Positions 1-8,531 of a stretch of DNA of 64,000 nt are shown here, piece after piece (within the stretch, counting starts at the first letter, position 1; the number at the start of each line of letters is the position of its first letter). A model generated the notes under the pieces. It worked only from the letters and a program-made list of their open reading frames with translations. It searched no databases and had not been told where the DNA came from. The position numbers and the translations under genes are program-made. Source of the DNA: an uncultured Alphaproteobacteria bacterium (GTDB lineage Bacteria > Pseudomonadota > Alphaproteobacteria > Rhizobiales > Xanthobacteraceae); contig CAVTCD010000003.1 in assembly GCA_963733165.1 (NCBI GenBank), positions 147,516-211,515 of the forward strand, given 5' to 3'.

Positions 1-564
1 CGGTGAAATTGGCAAGCCCGATCCGGCCGTCGATCGGCGAGCGGATTTCGGTGTAGCCGAGATTGATCTTGCGCCTGCTCGAGCAACGCCTGCGCCTGCA
101 ACACGTCGGCCTGCGCCGACTGCTCGGCGGCCGCACAGCTGATCGACCGTGGATTGCGGGACGTTCTGGTTTTTCACCAGCGCCTGGGCGCGCTGCAGTT
201 GCAAATTGGCATTGACTTCGGTCGCCTTGGCCTTGGCGAGATTGGCGGTCTGCTGGTCGACCGCGGCCTTGTAGGTGTCCTGCTCGATGCGGAACAGCAG
301 ATCGCCGTTTTTGACCTGCTGGCCTTCGGTGAAATTGCGCTCCTCGATGAAGCCGGGCACCCGCGCCACGACGTCGACTTTGTCGATCGCGACGACGCGG
401 CCGATGAAATCGCCGGTCTCCGTCACTTGCCGGCTGACCACCGGGCGCACGGAAACCGCCGGCGGCGGCGCGGCGTTTTGTGCTGCGGCTGCGCCGCAGC
501 CAACGAGGACTATGAGCGCCCCGAATGCGAGACTGCGATCGCGCAGGCTATTGCGACCAGGCAT
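1..564 (-). pseudogene. efflux RND transporter periplasmic adaptor (membrane-fusion) subunit, 5' part only (gene continues past window start); two apparent +1 frameshifts
   Basis: Manual minus-strand translation from ATG at 562-564 gives MPGRNSLRDRSLAFGALIVLVGCGAAAAQN (lipobox LVGC) ...TGDFIGRVVAIDKVDVVARVPGFIEERNFTEGQQVKNGDLLFRIEQDTYKAAVDQQ...KNQNVPQSTVDQ. The expected continuation AAEQSAQADVLQAQALLEQAQ and then INLGYTEIRSPIDGRIGLANFT is present but in two other frames (junctions near 135 and 68). It is not in the ORF track because no stop lies inside the window. Confidence 0.7.
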
Positions 565-875
565 AGACACTCTCCCGGCGGCGAGGTTCCCTAAGCACAT
601 CCGATTGGCCCTCGAAGCTTAAGCGGCAGTTTGTTCAACCCCGGCAAAAGTGCAACTTACATGGCTCCCCGGCCCAATTGAACGTTTGCTTGCAGCTATT
701 TTTGGCGGTCTGACTTGCGCGAAGTGGCGGCATGCAATTTGGCATTGCAGCTCAATCCTGCTTGCGGTCATGCACCGTGCCTAAAAGGCCCGTTCAGTTG
801 CCGTTCATTGCCGCAGTCATCTTATTCGGCCGCCACCGAATCTCGCAGCGTGGTGTCAACAATCGGGAGAGAAAC

Positions 876-1115
876 ATGAGATCGATCGTCTTAAGCGCCG
901 CATTGGCACTTGGATTAGCAACCGCCGCCAGCGCCGCTGGATTCACCCCCGTTCCGATCGGAACCAACGGCGGCCTGGTGATCAAGGTTGCGGAAGGCTG
1001 CGGAGCGGGATGGTGGCGCGGCCCAGAGGGCCATTGCCATCCGATGGCGGTGGGGCGCGCCTGCCCACCCGGATACCATCTTGGCCCGGAAGGCAAGAAA
1101 TGCTGGCCCAACTGA
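876..1115 (+). CDS. small secreted Cys-rich protein (GCG/CRPN-type repeat-like), 79 aa
   Basis: This is the C-terminal 79 codons of ORF 732..1115, with GGGAGA 7 nt upstream of ATG 876. It has a signal peptide MRSIVLSAALALGLATAASAAG and two Cys pairs, GCGAGWWRGPEGHC and CPPGYHLGPEGKKCWPN. The family name is from memory. Confidence 0.7.
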   Translation: MRSIVLSAALALGLATAASAAGFTPVPIGTNGGLVIKVAEGCGAGWWRGPEGHCHPMAVGRACPPGYHLGPEGKKCWPN

Positions 1116-1146
1116 TTTCGCTGGCTGGCGCGCAAGATTGAAAATG

Positions 1147-1180
1147 CGGCCGGGCCATTCGGGGCCGGCCGTTTTGTTTT
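1147..1180. terminator. bidirectional intrinsic terminator between convergent genes
   Basis: CGGCCGGGCC / GGGGCCGGCCG forms a 10-bp GC stem with 1 mismatch and a 5-nt loop. It is followed by TTTTGTTTT on the + strand and preceded by AAAAT (a T-run on the - strand). Confidence 0.6.
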
Positions 1181-1644
1181 CACCTCTCCGCGCACGATCC
1201 GAGAAATTGCAGCACCACTTCGCGCCGGTGCGGCGCCGCGCGGTGTTCGGCCACATAGATGCCCTGCCAGGTGCCGAGCGCCAATTCGCCGGCGGCGACC
1301 GGCACCTGCAAGGACACGCCGTTGAGCATGGATTTGATATGGGCCGGCATATCGTCCGGCCCTTCCACCTCGTGCACCCAGCCGGCATGCGCCGGCGCCA
1401 GCCGCTTGAGCGCGGTGACAAGATCGGTGCGCACATCAGCGTCGGCGTTTTCCTGGATCACCAGCGAGGCCGAGGTGTGCTTGAGATAAACCAGCACAGC
1501 GCCGTCGCGTGCTTTGCTCTCGGCAAGGAAGCGCGCCACGTCGCGGGTGATCTCAAAAAAGCCCTCGCCGGACGTCGTTACCGACAGAACGGCGCTCGCG
1601 ATCGTCTCGACGCGCGCGGTTTTGACAGCGGAGAGCTTGTTCAT
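1180..1644 (-). CDS. YjbQ/UPF0047 family protein (secondary thiamine-phosphate synthase-like)
   Basis: ORF track, 154 aa. Characteristic sequences: GEGFFEITRDV...LVYLKHTSASLVIQENADADVRTDL...DDMPAHIKSMLNGVSLQVPV..GELALGTWQGIY..EHR. Confidence 0.8.
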   Translation of the reverse strand: MNKLSAVKTARVETIASAVLSVTTSGEGFFEITRDVARFLAESKARDGAVLVYLKHTSASLVIQENADADVRTDLVTALKRLAPAHAGWVHEVEGPDDMPAHIKSMLNGVSLQVPVAAGELALGTWQGIYVAEHRAAPHRREVVLQFLGSCAER

Positions 1645-1659
1645 GAAAGCGAACGCGCT

Positions 1660-2127
1660 TTAGCTCTTGTTCAAGACCTGCTTCTGCGCCCGTTCGACCG
1701 CATCGACGAAGCGATGCCAGACGTGATCCATGAACGTGACCATGCGATCGATGTCGGCGTCGCTCGGCAGATGCACTCCAGTTTCGTCGTTCTGCGCCAG
1801 CGGCTCCGGCATGATGCCGGTCGGCAACGGCAGGCCGCGCGACAGCAAGTCCTTCTTCAGCGCCGCATTCTCGGTGCGCAGCCGCGCGATCTCGTTCTCC
1901 AGCACCGCGCGATCTTCCGGCGCCGCTTCGCAGGCCCAGCCGACGCTCTTTCGGCTGCACAGCGAGACTTCGCCGCTCTGGGTGTCGAGCCGCACCAAAC
2001 CGTCGGCCTGCTTCGCGAAGACGTAACGGCCGCCGGCAGTGTCCGGCGTCGCGTCGTCGGCGAGAGCGGGCGCGGCCGCGCACAGCACAGCGGCGACAAC
2101 AGCGATGCGTTTGAGGATCATGATCAT
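1660..2127 (-). CDS. secreted hypothetical protein
   Basis: ORF track, 155 aa. Signal peptide MIMILKRIAVVAAVLCAAAPALADD, two Cys and a coiled-coil stretch AVLENEIARLRTENAALKKDL. Confidence 0.65.
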   Translation of the reverse strand: MIMILKRIAVVAAVLCAAAPALADDATPDTAGGRYVFAKQADGLVRLDTQSGEVSLCSRKSVGWACEAAPEDRAVLENEIARLRTENAALKKDLLSRGLPLPTGIMPEPLAQNDETGVHLPSDADIDRMVTFMDHVWHRFVDAVERAQKQVLNKS

Positions 2128-2364
2128 AGCCTCCGGCGATTGCGCGACGCGCTTGATCTTAGAGCATCATCAGAGAAAGTCTTGCGCGACTTCGCAGTGC
2201 ACAATCGAGCCCTGAAAAACCCGCTGCGCACGGCCTTATTTGTTGTTATTTCAAAGCATTAGCATAGGTCCGCCGTTTCTTGACTTGGCGGAACCCCCTC
2301 AGTATGGTCCGCGCGGCTTCAAGGCGCGGGCGTGCCGCGATCGCAAGCCGCGAGTGTCGAGAGC

Positions 2365-2748
2365 ATGAGCGACGCGCGCGAAAACGGCGACCGGGACAAG
2401 CAGCAAACCAACGAGGCCGCTCTCTCCGCGAGGCTCCAGCGGCTCAACGAAGGTCTCGGCCAGGCACGCGGTGCCGGCCGGCCTTCGGACGGTTCTGGTG
2501 CGGATCGGGCAGCGACTGCATCCGGTTACGCCAGGGGCTTTCGGCTCTCCAGCGAACTTGTTGCAGGCGTTGTGGTCGGTGCCGGTCTCGGCTGGCTCAT
2601 CGACCGCTGGCTCGGCATCTCGCCCTGGGGGCTGATGATATTTCTCTTGCTCGGCTTTGCCGCGGGCGTGCTCAATGTCATGCGCTCCGCGGGGGTGGTC
2701 GCGGGCACCGCGCTCGATGACTGCGAACCCGGAGCAGCCGGAAAAAAT
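2365..2748 (+). CDS. atpI: ATP synthase protein I (AtpI); 3' end uncertain because the frame has no stop until 3696
   Basis: Lies within ORF 2332..3696 from MSDARENGD. The AtpI-like hydrophobic core is [53 protein letters not shown]. The end given assumes a stop at the A6 run 2742..2747 (GGA AAA AAT AAG would become GGA AAA AAA TAA with one more A). Confidence 0.5.
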
Positions 2749-2755
2749 AAGGGCC

Positions 2756-3508
2756 ATGCAAGTCGATCCGATCCACCAGTTCCAGATCAAAAACCTGGCG
2801 CCATTGGCCGACATGGGCGGCCATCAGTTCAATTTCACCAATTCGGCGTTGATGATGTTCATCATCGTCGGGGCGGTGTCGACGCTCTTGATCGGCGCGA
2901 CGGCGCCGCGCGCGGTGGTGCCGGGACGGCTGCAGTCGATCGCGGAAATGTCCTACGAGTTCGTCGCCAATACGGTGCGCAGCTCGGCCGGCACCGAGGG
3001 CATGAGGTTCTTCCCGTTCGTGTTCACGCTGTTCATGTTCATCCTGTTCGCCAACCTGATCGGGCTCATCCCGTATTCCTTCACGGTGACGAGCCAGCTG
3101 ATCGTCACCGCGGCGCTGGCGCTGCTCGTGTTCTTCATCGTCGTCGGCTACGGCTTCTGGCGGAACGGGCTGCACTTTCTCAATCTGTTCGTGCCGAAAG
3201 GCGTGCCGAAGGCGATCCTGCCGGCGATCGTCGTCATCGAGGTCTTGTCGTTTGTGTCGCGGCCGGTGTCGCACAGCGTGCGTCTATTCGCCAACATGCT
3301 GGCCGGCCATATCACGCTGCAGGTGTTTGCCGGCTTCATCATCATGCTGGCCGGCTCCGGCGTGCTCGGCTGGTTCGGCGCGGCGCTGCCGTTCGCCATG
3401 GTGGTCATGCTCACCGCTCTGGAGCTTCTGGTGGCCTTCCTGCAAGCCTATGTCTTTGCCATTCTCACCTGCATCTATCTCAACGATGCGATCCATCCCG
3501 GCCACTGA
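2756..3508 (+). CDS. atpB: F0F1 ATP synthase subunit a
   Basis: ORF 2657..3508 taken from the internal start [11 protein letters not shown]. The conserved LFANMLAGH motif is present; 250 aa. Confidence 0.9.
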   Translation: MQVDPIHQFQIKNLAPLADMGGHQFNFTNSALMMFIIVGAVSTLLIGATAPRAVVPGRLQSIAEMSYEFVANTVRSSAGTEGMRFFPFVFTLFMFILFANLIGLIPYSFTVTSQLIVTAALALLVFFIVVGYGFWRNGLHFLNLFVPKGVPKAILPAIVVIEVLSFVSRPVSHSVRLFANMLAGHITLQVFAGFIIMLAGSGVLGWFGAALPFAMVVMLTALELLVAFLQAYVFAILTCIYLNDAIHPGH

Positions 3509-3545
3509 CGGCCGTTCGTTGCAACCGCACAAAAGGAGTTCAGTC

Positions 3546-3773
3546 ATGGATCCGACCGCCGCGAAATACATCGGGGCCGGCATTGCCTGCATCGGCATGG
3601 GCGGCGCCGGCATCGGCGTGGGCATCATCTTCGGCAACTATCTTGCCGCGGCTTTACGCAATCCGTCGGCCGCGCAAGGCCAGTTCGGCAACCTGATTTT
3701 CGGGTTTGCCATCACCGAAGCGCTCGGCATTTTCTCGCTGCTGATCGCGCTGTTGCTGCTGTTCGGGCTGTAA
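3546..3773 (+). CDS. atpE: F0F1 ATP synthase subunit c
   Basis: Tail of ORF 3252..3773: [75 protein letters not shown], 75 aa. Confidence 0.92.
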   Translation: MDPTAAKYIGAGIACIGMGGAGIGVGIIFGNYLAAALRNPSAAQGQFGNLIFGFAITEALGIFSLLIALLLLFGL

Positions 3774-3792
3774 AGCCCTCCGCCGCACGCCG

Positions 3793-4323
3793 ATGGCCGA
3801 ACCGACCGCCCATACTGAAGCGCCAGCGGGGCACAGCGCGTTCCCGCCGTTCCAGGCGGAGCATTTTCCGTCACAGCTGCTTTGGCTGGCGGTCAGCTTC
3901 GTGCTGCTTTACGTCCTGATGTCGAAGATCGCCTTGCCGCGCATCGGCTCGATCCTGGCGGATCGCAGCAAGCGCATCGGCGACGATCTGGCGGCGGCGG
4001 AACGCCTTAAGGAGCAATCGGACGCGGCGCATGCCGCCTACGAGAAGGCGCTCGCCGACGCGCGCGCCCGCGCGCAGGCGATGGCGAGCGCGACGCGGGA
4101 GCAGCAGGCCAGCGCGGCCGAGGCGACGCAGAAACGGCTCGAAGCGCAGCTGCACGAGCGGCTCATCGCCGCTGAACAGTCGATCGCGGCCACCCGCGGC
4201 GCCGCCATGGGCAATGTGCGCTCCATCGCGGCCGACACCGCCGCGGCGATCGTCGAGCGCCTGATCGGCAAGGCGCCGTCCGACCAGGACGTGGCCGCGG
4301 CGCTCGACGCCGGCAAGAGCTGA
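3793..4323 (+). CDS. atpF2: F0F1 ATP synthase subunit b'
   Basis: ORF track, 176 aa. One TM helix (LLWLAVSFVLLYVLM) followed by a long Ala/Glu/Arg-rich helix, in the usual position after atpE. Confidence 0.8.
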   Translation: MAEPTAHTEAPAGHSAFPPFQAEHFPSQLLWLAVSFVLLYVLMSKIALPRIGSILADRSKRIGDDLAAAERLKEQSDAAHAAYEKALADARARAQAMASATREQQASAAEATQKRLEAQLHERLIAAEQSIAATRGAAMGNVRSIAADTAAAIVERLIGKAPSDQDVAAALDAGKS

Positions 4324-4341
4324 ACAAGAGCTGAGGCGACG

Positions 4342-4836
4342 ATGCTTGAATCCTTGAAAGAAACCGAGAACTGGGTCGCGATCGGCTTTCTCTGCTTTCT
4401 CGGGCTGCTCGGCTATCTCGGCGTCCACCGCAAGCTGCTCGACGCGATCGATGCGCGTTCGGCGCGCATCAGATCGGAGCTCGACGCCGCGCGCCGGCTG
4501 CGCGAGGAGGCGCAGGCGCTATTGTCCGAGTTCGAGCGCAAAGGCCGCGAGGCCGAGAGCGAGGCTGCGGCGATCATCGCCGGCGCCAAGGCCGAAGCCG
4601 AGCGGATGGCCGCCGAAGCCAAGACAAAGACTGAAGAATTCGTCGTCCGCCGGACCAAAATGGCGGAAGCGAAGATCGCCCAGGCCGAAGCCCAGGCGGT
4701 TGCCGACGTGCGCGCCGCCGCGGCCGACGCCGCGGTCGCCGCCGCCGAAAAGATTCTCGCGACTGCCGCCAAGGGCAAGGTCGCCGAGGATCTGCTCAAT
4801 GCCGGCATCGCGGACGTCAAACAAAAGTTCAATTGA
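4342..4836 (+). CDS. atpF: F0F1 ATP synthase subunit b
   Basis: ORF track, 164 aa. One N-terminal TM helix followed by a charged coiled coil, in the usual position after b'. Confidence 0.8.
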   Translation: MLESLKETENWVAIGFLCFLGLLGYLGVHRKLLDAIDARSARIRSELDAARRLREEAQALLSEFERKGREAESEAAAIIAGAKAEAERMAAEAKTKTEEFVVRRTKMAEAKIAQAEAQAVADVRAAAADAAVAAAEKILATAAKGKVAEDLLNAGIADVKQKFN

Positions 4837-5010
4837 ACGCGCGCTACGACCGGCCTGCCGAGCCCTGCCCAATCCACAGACCAGATTTGGATAGTGCCTC
4901 GGTCTGAGACACTACCCAGATTTGATATTGTGTATAACTCCGCGGCGCGCGCGCATTAGGCTTTGAATACCGCCGCCGCGCGGTATCTTGCAGCTGCAAT
5001 TTTCCTCGGA

Positions 5011-5716
5011 ATGCCGGAAAGCGGCCATTCTGCATGGCCGAACCTATCGGAGGGACCCTTGGTCATCTTCGATTGTAACGGCGTGCTTGTCGACAGCGAG
5101 CCGATTGCGGCCGCGGTGCTTGTCGAAGCGTTCAAACGCGTCGGCATGGCACTGACGGTGGAATCGATGACGCGCCGTTTTCACGGCCGGCGTCCGGCGG
5201 ATATTTTCGCCGCGGTCGAGGCGGCCACCGGCAAGGCGCTGCCGGCCGAGTTCTCCGCCACGGTGGCGACGGAAACGCTGCGGCGGCTGCGCGCCGAGTT
5301 GCGCTCCATCCGGCACGCACCGCATGCGCTGACCTGGATCCGCGGACCGAAAGCCGTCGCCTCCTCTTCGCCGCTCAACCGCGTCCGCGCCAGCCTCGAA
5401 GTCACCGGCCTGTTGCGCTTTTTCGAACCGCGGCTGTTCTCGGCGAGCGATGTGCGCAAAGGCAAGCCGGCGCCCGATTTGTTCCTGCTCGCCGCCGCGC
5501 GCAGCGAGGTCGAGCCGGCGCAATGCATCGTGGTCGAGGATTCGGCGCCGGGGATCGCCGCGGCGGCCGCCGCCGGCATGACGCCGATCGGCTTTGTCGG
5601 CGGCAGCCAGACGCCGGGCCGGCTTGCTTCCGAGCTTCTCGCCATCGGCGCCCGCGCCGTTGTCGCCGACATGCGGGCGACTGAAGAACGCGATCACCGA
5701 TCTGCGCGGCTGGTAG
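5011..5716 (+). pseudogene. HAD-superfamily hydrolase (beta-phosphoglucomutase/phosphatase-like) with a +1 frameshift 15 codons before the stop
   Basis: ORF 4963..5901 carries the HAD motifs VIFDCNGVLVDSEP, SSS, KGKPAPD and VEDSAPGI. After ...AVVADM the ORF frame runs 180 nt into the convergent gene. The +1 frame instead reads RLKNAITDLRGW and stops at TAG 5714..5716, 6 nt before the neighbour's stop. The start codon is uncertain. Confidence 0.65.
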
Positions 5717-5722
5717 TCTGCG

Positions 5723-6535
5723 TTACCCCGTCGGGGCGTTCGGGTTGGGTTTCCGTTTGGGCTTCGGTTTTGCCGCGGGCTTGCCCTTCGCCTGATCCTC
5801 CTGCGCGGCGCCGATCGGATCGAAACCGATATAGACGATATAATTGTCGAGCGCGGCCGACGATGGCAGCGGGAAAGTCAAGCCTTCCTCGATATGGGTG
5901 AAGGCGACATTGCCTTCGTTACCGACTGTAACCGGAATCCGGATCAGCCTGGTGACGACCATTTGCGATCCCGAGGCCGGCTCGTTGACCACGGCAATGC
6001 GCAACGGCACGTCGACCTGACCGGGTCCGCCGGCAGGTCCGACGATAATGCGCCCCTCGACGCCGACCTTCATCACCAATTGACCGTTGACTATTCTGCA
6101 TTCGCGCGCGGCGCGCACGAAGTCGCCCTGATATTTGAGCGACATCGCCTCATTGGTGCCGTCCGGCGGCGGCGGCGGAATGGTCAGCGTCGACGCGCCC
6201 TGGCGGATGTCGATGAACGGACAATCGACATCGGGTTGCGCATTGGCGACCGGCTGCGGATCGCGCTGCGACGCGCCGGAGAAGAAACTCGCGACCTTGT
6301 CCTTGAAAGAAGGCGTGCTCGCCGGCGGCGGAGCCGGCGCGGCCGGCGTAGCCGCAGCAGTGGCGGCCGGTGCGGGCGGCGTTGCCGCGGTAGTGGCGGC
6401 CGGGGCCGGCGACGGCGTGCCGATGCCGACCGTGCTGCTGGTGCATCCCGCCGCCACGAGCGCGAGCGAAACCGAAGCCGCGATCGGCGCGCGGTCGCCC
6501 CACTTCGTTCGATGAATGTCGCGCCGCATCCCCAA
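5723..6535 (-). CDS. lipoprotein with Ala/Pro-rich linker, unknown function
   Basis: ORF track, 270 aa. Lipobox LALVAAGC, an APAATTAATPPAPAATAAATPAAPAPPPAS linker and a Lys/Pro-rich tail. Confidence 0.7.
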   Translation of the reverse strand: MGMRRDIHRTKWGDRAPIAASVSLALVAAGCTSSTVGIGTPSPAPAATTAATPPAPAATAAATPAAPAPPPASTPSFKDKVASFFSGASQRDPQPVANAQPDVDCPFIDIRQGASTLTIPPPPPDGTNEAMSLKYQGDFVRAARECRIVNGQLVMKVGVEGRIIVGPAGGPGQVDVPLRIAVVNEPASGSQMVVTRLIRIPVTVGNEGNVAFTHIEEGLTFPLPSSAALDNYIVYIGFDPIGAAQEDQAKGKPAAKPKPKRKPNPNAPTG

Positions 6536-6654
6536 TCCATCGCCCTAAGCCGCGATGCCCTCGATCTTATACCAAGCCAACCGTGGCCATCCCAAGGCAC
6601 CCTGGAAAGCGAGTGGGCATGGTTAAGACCTTGAACCGCCAATACTTTGGACGG

Positions 6655-7242
6655 TCACACCGCTGGACCGTCCTTTAGCCGGGCATAGAGCAGGTGATCC
6701 TGCCAGGTGCCATTGATGCACAGATATTCCCGCGCATAGCCTTCGCGCACGAAGCCGGTTTTCTCCAAAAGCCTGATCGAGCCGGTATTGTTCGGGATGC
6801 ACGCCGCTTCGAGGCGATGCAGCCGCAATGTCGCGAAAGCGAACGGAATGACGGCGCGCACTGCCGCCGTCATGTAGCCCTGGCGCACGAACGTCAGGCC
6901 CATCCAGTAGCCGAGGCTGCCGGCCTGGGCGACGCCGCGGCGGATATTGGCCAGCGTCAATCCGCCGACCAGCGCGCCGTCCGAATAGCGCACGATCAGG
7001 AACGCGTAACCCTGGTCGGTCCGCAAATCCTCCGCATAGCGCTTGATGCGGCGACGGAACGCGCCGCGGGTGAGATCGTCGTCCGGCCAGGTCGGCTCCC
7101 AAGGCGTGAGGAAATCGCGGCTGGTGTCGCGCAGCGCCGCCCATTCGTCGAAGTCCGTCATCTGCGGCGTGCGCAGCATGACCCCGTCGCCCTCGACGCT
7201 CGGCAACGGCTCGGCAAAATTGATGGTGCGGAAAAACGCCAA
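6655..7242 (-). CDS. GNAT family N-acetyltransferase (RimJ/RimL-like)
   Basis: ORF track, 195 aa. Typical sequences: GYWMG..FVRQGYMTAAVRAVIPFAF..L.LHRLEAACIPNN..SIRLLEK.GF..EG. Confidence 0.8.
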   Translation of the reverse strand: MAFFRTINFAEPLPSVEGDGVMLRTPQMTDFDEWAALRDTSRDFLTPWEPTWPDDDLTRGAFRRRIKRYAEDLRTDQGYAFLIVRYSDGALVGGLTLANIRRGVAQAGSLGYWMGLTFVRQGYMTAAVRAVIPFAFATLRLHRLEAACIPNNTGSIRLLEKTGFVREGYAREYLCINGTWQDHLLYARLKDGPAV

Positions 7243-7259
7243 ACTTCACCAACGGCTCG

Positions 7260-8531
7260 TCATGCGGCCCGGCGCGTCAAAGTCTCGGCAATCGCCGCCG
7301 CACTTTCAAGCCCGGAACCAAGGCCGAGCATCGCGGTGGCGAGCTTGCCGCGCGACAGCAGCGCCCGGCCGGCGGCGCGCGCGCTATCGACCGTCACGGC
7401 GTCGACCTTGGCGACCAGTTCATTGAGCGGAACCGGCCGGCCGCGCGTGATCATCTGCCGCGCCAACTGCTCGATGCGGGCGCCGGAGCTTTCCAGCGCC
7501 ATCAACAGGCCGGCTTTCATCTGCGCTTTGGCGCGCGCGACTTCCGACTCGGAAATGCTGTCGGCGGTCGAGGCGATCTCATCGACGATCAGCCGCATCA
7601 GCTCCGACGTGTCGGCGGCGTCGGTGCCGGCATAAAGGCCGAACATGCCGACGTCGGAATACGGCACGTGGAACGAGTAGATCGAATAGCACAGGCCGCG
7701 CTTTTCGCGCGCTTCCTGGAACAGCCGCGACGACATCCCGCCGCCCAGCACGTTGGTGAAGACCTGCAGGCTGTATAGCGCCGGATCGGTGATCGGCAGG
7801 CCAGGCAGCGCCAGCGCGATATGCACCTGCTCGAGCTCGCGCTTCTCGACATGGGTGCCGCCACCGAAGCTGGCCGGTTCCGGCGTCGGGCTGGCCGGAC
7901 CGTCGAACGTGGCGAAGCGCTTCTCCACCTCGGCGACAACGGCCTGATGCTCGACGGCGCCGGCGGCGGCCACCACGATGTCGGGGGCGCGATAATTCCT
8001 GGCGAGATAATCGCGCAACCTGCCGCCGTCGAACGAGCGCACCGTTTTCGCCGTGCCCAGGATCGAGCGGCCGAGCGACTGGTCGGGAAAAGCGATGACC
8101 TGCAGATGCTCGAAAATGAGATCGTCCGGCGTATCGGCGACGGCGCCGATCTCCTGCACGATGACGCTCTGCTCGCGGATGAGCTCCTCGCGATCGAACG
8201 ACGGCTCCGAAAGAATGTCGGCAAGCACGTCAAGCGCCAGCGGCACGTCGGTCTTGAGCACGCGCGCGTAATAGGCGGTGCTCTCGGCGCCGGTCGCCGC
8301 ATTGAGATCGCCGCCGACCGCCTCGATCTCCTCGGCGATCTGCCGCGCGGTGCGCCGCCGCGTGCCTTTGAACGCCATGTGTTCGAGGAAGTGCGAAATG
8401 CCGTGCTCGTCGCGGCGTTCGTCGCGGCTGCCGGAATTGACCCAGACGCCGAGCGAGGCGGTCTCGAGATGCGGCATCGTATCGGTCACCACGTTGATGC
8501 CGGATTTCAAGGTCGTGACCTCGACACTCAT
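7260..8531 (-). CDS. M16 family zinc metallopeptidase (pitrilysin-like)
   Basis: ORF track, 423 aa. HxxEH zinc motif in GISHFLEHMAFKGT. Shares a 4-nt start/stop overlap with thrC. Confidence 0.85.
   Translation of the reverse strand: MSVEVTTLKSGINVVTDTMPHLETASLGVWVNSGSRDERRDEHGISHFLEHMAFKGTRRRTARQIAEEIEAVGGDLNAATGAESTAYYARVLKTDVPLALDVLADILSEPSFDREELIREQSVIVQEIGAVADTPDDLIFEHLQVIAFPDQSLGRSILGTAKTVRSFDGGRLRDYLARNYRAPDIVVAAAGAVEHQAVVAEVEKRFATFDGPASPTPEPASFGGGTHVEKRELEQVHIALALPGLPITDPALYSLQVFTNVLGGGMSSRLFQEAREKRGLCYSIYSFHVPYSDVGMFGLYAGTDAADTSELMRLIVDEIASTADSISESEVARAKAQMKAGLLMALESSGARIEQLARQMITRGRPVPLNELVAKVDAVTVDSARAAGRALLSRGKLATAMLGLGSGLESAAAIAETLTRRAA

Noticed and set aside
988-2262. Long ORFs antisense to or out of frame with well-supported genes. 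Examples: 988..2262 +, 11452..13062 +, 37933..39453 -, 43041..44042 +, 59304..61550 - (748 aa), 61803..63374 +, 47863..48816 +.
   Set aside because: Their Arg/Ala/Gly/Pro-rich, motif-free translations are typical of stop-poor alternative frames in high-GC DNA. Each is fully overlapped by a gene with clear family motifs.
2332-3696. 454-aa ORF that would be an AtpI-AtpB fusion.
   Set aside because: Only the first 125 or so codons look like AtpI. The rest is atpB read out of frame, and atpB has its own start (MQVDPIHQF) in another frame. I treated it as loss of the stop codon or a homopolymer indel.
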